From Rotaria magnacalcarata (taxonomy: Eukaryota), in the NCBI GenBank assembly GCA_965120345.2, contig CBCPNL020000968.1:16779-22705 (forward strand): a stretch of 5,927 bases of DNA, written 5' to 3'. Under the pieces are notes generated by a model that was given only the letters and a program-made list of their open reading frames with translations, did no database searches and had not been told where the DNA came from. A program made the position numbers and the translations under genes. The first letter of the stretch is position 1. Each line of letters opens with the position of its first letter. Positions 1 through 5,927 of the stretch are shown here, one piece after another.

Positions 1-115
1 TGTACTCAATCTCGAACAAATGTCAGTTGAGTTTCATTCTTCATCAGTATTCAATTCTTCGTGGAAATCGAATGTTGAAACATTGAAGAAATCAAATAAA
101 AATTGGTTTAATAAA
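1..115 (+). CDS. Exon A (5'-incomplete) of a split gene encoding an LRR-like/F-box-associated-type repeat protein from an uncharacterised expanded family
   Basis: The frame starting at nt 2 is stop-free from the window edge: VLNLEQMSVEFHSSSVFNSSWKSNVETLKKSNKNWFNK. It ends at AAA|GTAAGA (donor at 116). Read-through hits TGA at 133-135, so splicing is required. It joins in phase 0 to the acceptor tcctttCAG at 207-209. Confidence 0.6.
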
Positions 116-209
116 GTAAGAAAAAAGCAAAAATGATTTTTGCTCATTTTATGAATTTCTCGATATAATTGTTTCTTTTGATTAATGAAAAATAATCGTA
201 TCCTTTCAG

Positions 210-631
210 ATACCAAAACTACAATGTTTTAGTTTAAAAACTTTCATTTTTGATGATATGGAATTTGTTTATCTTAAATGGCTTCTCAACCGTTTTAATT
301 ATGTTGAAAAACTTCAACTTCATCTCAAAAGTGATTATTTAATCGACACAGGAAGTCAAAATATATGGAAATCTTTTATTGATGCAAATTTCATTCGCCA
401 ATATTGCTTACCTGATACAATACCTAATTTAATGTATTTTGATTTTTATATTTGTTCACAATGTCAATTATCGTATAATGATATTGAAAAAATAATAAAT
501 TCATTTAAAATTCATTCGTTTTTTATTAATCATCAATGGACAAATGTAAAATGTTTGTTTGATCCAATCATGTCGTCTCAACATCTTTTCTCTTCTTTTA
601 CTAATACATCTCAATTTTCTAATAATCAAAT
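210..631 (+). CDS. Exon B of the same gene (contains the 258..653 track ORF)
   Basis: The frame of the 258 ORF stays open upstream to 195, and a strong acceptor (atcctttCAG|ATA) sits at 209/210. This gives IPKLQCFSLKTFIFDD before MEFVYLKW..., so the ATG at 258 is probably internal. The exon ends ...FSNNQ + 'at' at donor GTATGA (632), phase 2. Staying in frame past 631 reaches TAA at 651-653. Confidence 0.8.
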
Positions 632-699
632 GTATGATATTTGTCTTTATTAAAACTGGTAGAGATATTCTTAAATCAACTACACTCTTTTTCTTTTAG

Positions 700-830
700 T
701 AATTATCCATTTATTTTTAATTGGCCATATATTGACAAACTCTTCTCTCATCTACATCCATCACTTTATTTATTTCTCGAACGATTCAATGAATTATCTC
801 CTAATGTTTCTTGTATAAAAGTATACAAAC
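700..830 (+). CDS. Exon C of the same gene
   Basis: A 68-nt intron (632-699) ends in ctctttttcttttAG. 'at'+T700 restores the frame into NYPFIFNWPYIDKLFSHLHPSLYLFLERFNELSPNVSCIKVYK. The exon ends at C830 followed by consensus donor GTAAGT (831), phase 1. This corresponds to the middle of the 641..883 track ORF. Confidence 0.8.
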
Positions 831-1087
831 GTAAGTTGCGTTGCTATTTCAATGAATTTCCTGAGAATCGAAGATATAGATAAATGACAAAGTTTAACAT
901 ATTCACATAATTTCGTAATAATTATGTTGCATCAAGTTTCGGAAAAAAGTGAGAGAGAAAAAAAGGAAAATATTCACTTTATCAAAATAATTATACGAGA
1001 AGAAAGATTTCTCATAAGCATTTATCTATCTTGTTCTTAACTAAATTCAATGAAAAAATAGCAAAGCAATATTTCTTTTGTTTATAG

Positions 1088-1228
1088 AACGTAGCGAATG
1101 TTTTAACGAGTCAGATTGTATGATGTCATCAGAAATTTTATTCAAAATGAGACAATACAACGAGATTGATATTCCTTTTCGAAATGTTACAAAACTTCAA
1201 TTTGGAACACATTTTGATCGAAGTACCG
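1088..1228 (+). CDS. Exon D of the same gene
   Basis: The acceptor is ttcttttgtttatAG (1086-1087). C830+AA gives Q, followed by RSECFNESDCMMSSEILFKMRQYNEIDIPFRNVTKLQFGTHFDRST. The donor is G|GTTAGT at 1229, phase 1. It is the only stop-free frame between these sites and it keeps the phase. Confidence 0.75.
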
Positions 1229-1919
1229 GTTAGTATTAGTTTTGCTTCTTTCTTTTATAATTTGAAAAAACAAAGTTAGTTCTTCGTTTATAATTAAAAG
1301 AAAGTATTATTTATAGCTTTTTTTAAATTTCATGTAAAAATTATCTTCTTTAGATTATTGTTCTGAAATGATCTTTTTGGTTTTTTTTGCATTAGAAATA
1401 TGATACATATATTGAGATTTTGAATATAGATTTCCAATGACGAATATTGAGAAGCATTTATGTAGTCACAAAAAAGAACAACTCATGGGAAAAGTGATTG
1501 AGTAGTATTCATCTAGCTACGAATATTGAAATTCTATATTCGAACTTTTCTCACTATTAAAAAGAATAACTGCAATACTACACATAATAATTTAATTTTT
1601 AAGTGTATAATATTCTCATCATTTTATCAGTCATGTGTATGCACATGTAACTTCATTAAGGAGAAAAAATATACTCACAGAAAGATTCAAACAACAACAA
1701 TGTAAAAGCAAAATTAAATATTCTCGTTCAATATTCATTCTACAAACTATCAATTAGAAAATCTTTCTTCTATTCATATATCACTCTCAGATGTAAGATC
1801 TGAATAATAGATTTCAGGAAATGAGTTTCTCATTTAGAGTGTATCAATTAGAATAAGTTAACTCCATTGTTCAATAAATATTTTTACTGTAATTATGTAA
1901 AATAGAATTCTGTTTTCAG

Positions 1920-2050
1920 CATCGCGCATGAAACCAATAAACCGAAATCTAATCCGTGAAAAAGTACTTGCTCATCTAATTTCAATGACTGTACAACTCA
2001 AATGTCTTCTAGTTGAAGAATTCGAATGGCTTTTACATGTGGTTCAATAC
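1920..2050 (+). CDS. Exon E of the same gene
   Basis: The acceptor is attctgttttCAG (1917-1919). G1228+CA gives A, followed by SRMKPINRNLIREKVLAHLISMTVQLKCLLVEEFEWLLHVVQY. The exon ends in phase 0 at TAC|GTAAGA (2051). Confidence 0.8.
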
Positions 2051-3119
2051 GTAAGACTTTCTTTTATTTATGTCTTATTTTAAGCTCACCAAAATATTTC
2101 TGTAATACATAATTAAGTTGAGTATATTCAAGTCAAATAATTTGACTTTAAATCGTATAAAAAAATCATTATTTCTCTCAATCTCATTATAAGATTATTA
2201 TAGTTTCTCACAATTGGTAGAGATCACAATTTTTTGTGCGATATCACTTGAGTTTCGGAGATCAAATATTTGATTTTTTTAAACTGGAGTAGGTACTGTG
2301 TTGAAATAAAGTGCCCCAATCTTTAGAAAAAAGGCAATATTATTCTTATTGTTATAGTAAAGAAGGAAAAATAAAATCTGTTTTCATCTGATACACAAAA
2401 AATAAAATATCATAAGTGATTATTCTCAAAACTTCAATCAAAATTGATTGCATCTATAAATAAACTCATTTAGCATTAAGAAAACCAATTGTTTCCTTCA
2501 TTTACATAAAAAAAAGGATTTGAAAAGTTAATAAAAGACAACGAAGAAATATCTTTAATTACATAGAATGATAAAATCAAATGAAATCTATTTTTTATCA
2601 TAGTGTTACACTAATTACACAGCATATCGAGAATCATCTTATATTTTTCTTGTATGACAAACTGTTCTGTTCTTTTGGTATGCCTGATTAATGTTGAAAA
2701 CTAAAAATGTTGAAAAGTTTGAAAACAGCAAGAGTAAGATCTTAGTAGTGTTAATATTGCCGGAGAAAGGAAAAATGGGGGAAACTATGTTTTTAATCAT
2801 TGTATATCACAAACAGTAATTTAACAAAAAAATATCGAACAATTAATCATTTTTTATTTATTTATGTTTTTGTCTTATCCTTAGCAACAACAAACGATAG
2901 ACCTTCTAAATATTCTCCTAAATTCATTTCATCATTAGCATAATGATCAGCAAGAATAGTAACACGACATTTTTTGTTTCACAGAAAGCGATGATAAATT
3001 TATCTCTATTAATATTGTATGGGAAAATTTTGTATTGTACACGCTATTAATTTAATTAACAGTTGCGCCTCATGCTCTTTGATTATTTGTCAGGTCGACC
3101 AATTTTCATTCGACCATTT

Positions 3120-3357
3120 TTACAACATCAACTCTACTAAGATTTTACCCTTGCCGTCTTCAAACTTTTCGACATTATACCTTTCGACATCTCTCAATAC
3201 ATTCGTTCTTTTCAAGCTTAAAAACTTTGATTGTGCTTCATCTAATTTCTGATCGAAAGATTTCATTTTTATCCCTGTTTGAAAAAATATTTAGCAGCGC
3301 TATGACAGCGGCTGATTCTAAATTAGTATCGAGTCTAGTAATTGATGTCACCGTCAT
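3120..3357 (-). pseudogene. Candidate decayed or nested coding remnant on the minus strand inside the large intron
   Basis: There are two minus-strand ORFs in adjacent frames. ORF 3357..3238 reads MTVTSITRLDTNLESAAVIALLNIFSNRDKNEIFRSEIR*. ORF 3266..3120 reads MKSFDQKLDEAQSKFLSLKRTNVLRDVERYNVEKFEDGKGKILVELML*. Removing one base from the A6 run at 3282-3287 fuses them into one frame of about 78 aa. The region is visibly less AT-rich than its flanks. I recognise no family. Confidence 0.2.
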
Positions 3358-4142
3358 GATTCACAGCTACGATCGTGGTATTTGCTGAAATTCAGTTACA
3401 ATTGGTCACGAGCTTCAATAATAAATTAACGAATTCTACATATTTTCTTTTCCTGTATCGTTTCAAAAAAATAAGCGTTTTAGGCAGTTTAATTAATTGT
3501 TTAATCCAAGATCATTTGAATTAGATTAAATACACCACTTTTTTCAACATTTCATACAAAATTTTCAATAAATGAAAATTTAACAGAGAGAGACATATCT
3601 GAAGTTTTATTTCTCTTTGATCTTTGTTATATACCTATCTATCTTTGTTTATTTTCTGAATGTCATTGATTCTTTATTCATGTATCTAGTTTTATAATCT
3701 TCATGACATTTCAAATGTTAAAGAATTTCAGTTTCTCGCTGTCAGTATATATAATTATATATGCATATATGCAGTAGCGGATTGGGTTGGATTTTTGTTA
3801 AATTTTATTACATGATGGATAGCAATTCTATATCGAAACTGAAATCGTTCCGAGATGTCGATTGAGTAGAAATATCTTTCAGCTTTCGAATTCCATGGTT
3901 TGCTTGTAAAAAGATATACATTATTTTATCGATTATCTCTCATCAACATTTGAAGAAAAACATCAAATCAAATTAAAATCTAGTCCAACATTTTTACAAT
4001 TTTTTTTCTTTTCCTCATTCCTCGTTTCTAAGATTATTTAAGTAAAGTATATCATACTATAATTAAAAGAATTGTTTAATTACAATACATTAGCAGAAAA
4101 GTTTTATGCTTGACGTGAAATTGTTATTCATTGTTTTCTCAG

Positions 4143-4189
4143 ACTCATCGAAATAGTTGACAAGAAAGTAGAGTTTAGACTGATTTTAG
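4143..4189 (+). other. Candidate cassette or poison exon within the large intron
   Basis: A strong acceptor (cattgttttctCAG at 4140-4142) and strong donor (TTAG|GTAAGA at 4190) flank 47 nt. Only one frame is open: LIEIVDKKVEFRLIL. If this exon alone were included between phase-0 exons E and F, it would read ACT CAT CGA AAT AGT TGA, a premature stop. Confidence 0.2.
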
Positions 4190-4774
4190 GTAAGAAAAGT
4201 TTCTTTTTTTAATTGTATCTCACGTATATATTCACAAACAAAGTAATCACATTTATCAGTCAAATTAAGAACTCAAACACAAACAATTTCGAGAAGAAAA
4301 AATATATTTTATGACTTATGATCAAAGCACGACACTTTCGATCGTGACCAAAAATGTTCACCAGTCAGTTTGTATTTGAGCTGAAAATGTCTGTTTTGAA
4401 ATGAGAACAGATAAAGTAATGCGAGATATTCTTTGTATTTATTTTCTATATGAAATTATATCTCAGCATACGGAAACAAAAAAAAAGCAAATCGAATAAT
4501 TTTTTTATCTGGAAGAAAAACATAAGATATAATTATAGTTGTCTCTAATTTATTAATAGAAAAAAGGAAAATGTTAATGTAAATCTAAAGTAAAAGAAAA
4601 AATCTAAACTATTTATAAGGACGAGAAATAAAATGATCTCAATAGTTAAGGGCAGCAGAGCTATTAGTTAGTTGAGGAGGTTCTATGAAATAATTAATTG
4701 ATATTTAAACTACATTGTTATTCTAGTACTGCTTAATCATTGTAGAGATGAGAAATGAAAGTGATTTCCGTTAG

Positions 4775-4860
4775 CATATTGTCTTTCTTTCTATATTTGT
4801 CACTGGCAAAGATTATTGATGAGACAAAATGAAAAGATTTGTTTAACAATTGCTCTACAA
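4775..4860 (+). other. Second candidate cassette exon within the large intron
   Basis: The acceptor is tttccgttAG (4773-4774) and the donor is CAA|GTAAAT (4861). Entered in phase 1, it reads (A)YCLSFYICHWQRLLMRQNEKICLTIALQ and exits in phase 0, which is compatible with exon F. This rests on splice-site and frame logic only. Confidence 0.15.
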
Positions 4861-4976
4861 GTAAATCGTTATTAAACTATCTTTTTGTATCATTTTAATA
4901 TGATTATTTTGATTTGACAAATCAATTCTAATAGATTAGTAAGATTTATTTATTTATTTATTTGTTCTCTATTTAG

Positions 4977-5163
4977 GCATCTAAAGAATTAAGAACGAAC
5001 GCATTAAGTACTGTTCGATATGCTGGATTTTGTCTTTCAAGTTGTCATATAGGTTATGAAATAACTAATATTGGCAAACATCTTATGCCTTTTCTTAGCA
5101 CATATATGCCTCATTTGCAAACATTATGTCTTTGGCGGCCAGATGATTTTCCTTGGACAACTA
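4977..5163 (+). CDS. Exon F of the same gene
   Basis: There are 62 stop-free codons: ASKELRTNALSTVRYAGFCLSSCHIGYEITNIGKHLMPFLSTYMPHLQTLCLWRPDDFPWTT. A strong acceptor precedes it. It ends at A5163 followed by consensus donor GTAAGT (5164), phase 1. This is too short for the ORF track but clearly reads as coding. Confidence 0.8.
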
Positions 5164-5497
5164 GTAAGTTTATTTTAAACAAACAAAACTAGTTATAATA
5201 AAATAAAACTATCTCTTACTAATTTATGATAAATATCATTCTATTTTTTGTTTCTTTGATTTTGAATTTGATTTTGTCGTATATTAATCAAATAGATATT
5301 TTTACAATAACGTACAGTTCAACTTGAATGAAAAAGTACTGTTTTTTTGTATCAATTCTATTTATATCTTGTATTGTTTCACTAAAAAAGATTTATATTT
5401 TGTGTCACATAGACTCGACATTTGAGAAGTAAGATCGAATGCTTTGAAAACTTTTATTTTATTTTTGAATTCTTTAATTAACAAATAATGGTTGAAG

Positions 5498-5556
5498 ATT
5501 TTGAACGGATTTTTTCACCTATCGATAAAGTATCGTCTCAGCTCGGTGTCTTGTGA
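5498..5556 (+). CDS. Candidate terminal exon of the same gene (weak)
   Basis: A5163+AT then continues in frame as (N)FERIFSPIDKVSSQLGVL and stops at TGA 5554-5556. An A-rich tract with two AATAAA motifs follows. The acceptor (aatggttgaAG at 5496-5497) lacks a pyrimidine tract, so the boundary is doubtful. Confidence 0.2.
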
Positions 5557-5572
5557 AGAAAGTTTTAAAAAA

Positions 5573-5587
5573 AATAAAAAAAATAAA
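5573..5587 (+). promoter_or_regulatory. Possible polyadenylation signals (two AATAAA motifs in an A-rich tract)
   Basis: AATAAA occurs at 5573-5578 and 5582-5587, just downstream of the candidate stop at 5554-5556. AATAAA is common by chance in AT-rich DNA. Confidence 0.3.
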
Positions 5588-5685
5588 AAGTTATAGCAAT
5601 TATGATGAGATACGCTGATTTCCATTATACAGTTACCCCGCTTACTCTATATACATTTTCTTTCGTTCTGTGTAACGAACACACA

Positions 5686-5704
5686 AACGAACGAACGAAC
5701 GAAC
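5686..5704. repeat. (AACG)n tetranucleotide microsatellite
   Basis: aacgaacgaacgaacgaac is four full units plus three bases. A further aacgaac lies at 5674-5680, separated by acaca. Confidence 0.9.
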
Positions 5705-5791
5705 ATTTGGTCGTTGTAGCTGCTCAGCGCATTACCCTACTCACCAATCGACGATCTTGCCCTATTCTTTCCAGGTTCTTGTTTTTCTTGG

Positions 5792-5845
5792 TTTTCAGAC
5801 AAGATTCTTTTTCTATTCCTTCTATACAAGATTCTTGTCTGAAAA
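5792..5845. repeat. 18-nt inverted repeat (hairpin-capable) with an 18-nt spacer
   Basis: ttttcagacaagattctt (5792-5809) is complementary to aagattcttgtctgaaaa (5828-5845) at 17 of 18 positions. The single mismatch is 5805/5832. Confidence 0.85.
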
Positions 5846-5927
5846 AACTGATCTTGCCTTTCTGAGAAGATTCGTGTAGACCGAATCTTGGCTGGTGAGG
5901 CAAGAAGTTCTTCTCCAGACAAGATTC
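5796..5927. repeat. Possible direct or tandem repeat with about 120-nt spacing, truncated by the window end
   Basis: cagacaagattc occurs exactly at 5796-5807 and at 5916-5927, the last 12 nt of the window. Both copies are preceded by gttctt-containing sequence. The core aagattc or its complement occurs five times between 5801 and 5927. Confidence 0.35.
5852..5905. repeat. Nested pair of 8-bp inverted repeats
   Basis: The outer pair is tcttgcct (5852-5859) with aggcaaga (5898-5905). The inner pair is aagattcg (5867-5874) with cgaatctt (5882-5889), with a 7-nt loop tgtagac. All 16 pairs are perfect. Confidence 0.8.

Larger units (their letters stand above)
2051..4976 (+). other. Large intron (about 2.9 kb) between exons E and F, phase 0/0
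   Basis: It runs from GTAAGA at 2051 to tttgttctctatttAG at 4975-4976. Direct E-F joining keeps the frame (..HVVQY|ASKELRTNALS..) without any intervening exon. The other inferred introns are 94, 68, 257 and 691 nt. Confidence 0.55.

Noticed and set aside
34-216. 60-aa minus-strand track ORF
   Set aside because: It lies antisense to the in-frame plus-strand exon A and spans the GT..AG intron 116-209. Its sequence is low-complexity (K/F/N-rich) and has no splice or start context. It is most likely an antisense shadow ORF.
258-260. ATG at 258 as the translation start of the gene
   Set aside because: The frame is open upstream to 195, and a strong acceptor at 209/210 joins in phase to an open frame that reaches the window edge. 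The Met is therefore probably internal.
641-883. 80-aa plus-strand track ORF taken as a stand-alone gene
   Set aside because: Only 700-830 fits the phase-consistent gene model. The ATG at 641 lies inside the 68-nt intron, and the tail after 830 reads through a consensus GTAAGT donor.
2085-2101. 17-nt micro-exon (CTCACCAAAATATTTCT) that would put 4143-4189 and 4775-4860 in frame, adding exactly 150 nt in total
   Set aside because: It needs a 34-nt intron (2051-2084), which is implausibly short next to the 68-691-nt introns here. The in-frame total partly reflects how I selected the pieces.
2261-2274. Perfect AT-rich palindromes: atcaaatatttgat at 2261-2274, atatatgcatatat and tgcatatatgca at 3757-3773, and short hairpins at 1520-1542 and 1632-1647
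   Set aside because: Short AT-rich palindromes are expected by chance in DNA of this composition, and no flanking structure or repetition suggests function.
3094-3252. Plus-strand ORF segment after acceptor ttatttgtCAG (3091-3093) as a constitutive exon between E and F
   Set aside because: It enters in phase 0 but runs into TGA at 3250-3252. The only GT dinucleotides before the stop (3156, 3205, 3233) are non-consensus donors, and none restores a phase usable by a strong downstream acceptor. Direct E-F splicing needs no such exon.
5602-5618. C/D-box snoRNA-like motifs (ATGATGA at 5602-5608, CTGA at 5615-5618)
   Set aside because: Only 6 nt separate the boxes, which is too short for a guide segment. 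The next CTGA motifs are more than 230 nt away, and I found no terminal stem pairing.
5708-5755. tRNA- or SINE-like start (gtcgttgtagctgctcagcgc)
   Set aside because: There is no cloverleaf. A T-arm GTTCGAATC-type motif is absent, no acceptor-stem complement is present, and the A-box resemblance is weak.
5602-5865. 87-aa plus-strand track ORF, and the overlapping 61-aa minus-strand ORF 5737..5922
   Set aside because: Both are read through a microsatellite and inverted or direct repeats. This produces repetitive peptides (NERTNE; RIL/RIF repeats). They overlap each other on opposite strands, so neither looks like genuine coding sequence.
5864-5875. Heat-shock-element-like GAAgaTTC
   Set aside because: Only one inverted nGAAn/nTTCn dimer is present. 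The adjacent units (GTA, and CAA variants elsewhere) break the required three-unit array. The match follows from the aagattc repeat core.
1-5927. Prokaryotic-style readings (defence island, operon, CRISPR, mobile-element cargo)
   Set aside because: There are no long ORFs, no ribosome-binding-site and start patterns, and no repeat-spacer arrays. Coding signal appears only as spliced fragments with GT..AG boundaries, so the window is best read as a eukaryotic gene region.

Overview
This window looks like AT-rich eukaryotic nuclear DNA, not a prokaryotic locus. There are no long uninterrupted ORFs, no operon-like packing, and no rRNA, tRNA or CRISPR signatures. Short stop-free segments are bounded by canonical GT...AG splice sites with pyrimidine-rich acceptors. 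Most of the window is explained by one plus-strand split gene that is open at the 5' window edge. Six exons chain in phase: <1-115, 210-631, 700-830, 1088-1228, 1920-2050 and 4977-5163. The conceptual protein is rich in Leu/Phe/Asn/Ser and repeat-like: ...IPKLQCFSLKTFIFDDMEFVYLKWLLNRFNYVEKLQLHL...IDANFIRQYCLPD...HQWTNVKCLFDPIMSSQHLFSS...FRNVTKLQFG...EEFEWLLHVVQY|ASKELRTNALSTVRYAGF...MPHLQTLCLWRPDDFPWTT. From memory it resembles large, uncharacterised F-box/LRR-like expanded families in AT-rich invertebrate genomes (possibly rotifers), but I cannot verify this here. The ORF track splits this gene into pieces and adds antisense or repeat-driven artefacts. Four things are left unexplained by the gene model. 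(1) A phase 0/0 intron of about 2.9 kb (2051-4976) is far larger than the others. (2) Inside that intron, a less AT-rich island (about 3019-3420) carries overlapping short ORFs on both strands; two minus-strand ORFs are separated by a single-base frameshift in an A6 run, which may indicate a decayed nested gene. (3) The same intron holds well-flanked candidate cassette or poison exons. (4) After about 5600 the sequence changes character: an (AACG)n microsatellite, then a block of nested inverted and direct repeats built on CAGACAAGATTC that runs off the window edge. I see no convincing evidence of a novel multi-gene system. All functional and family assignments are inference without database access.
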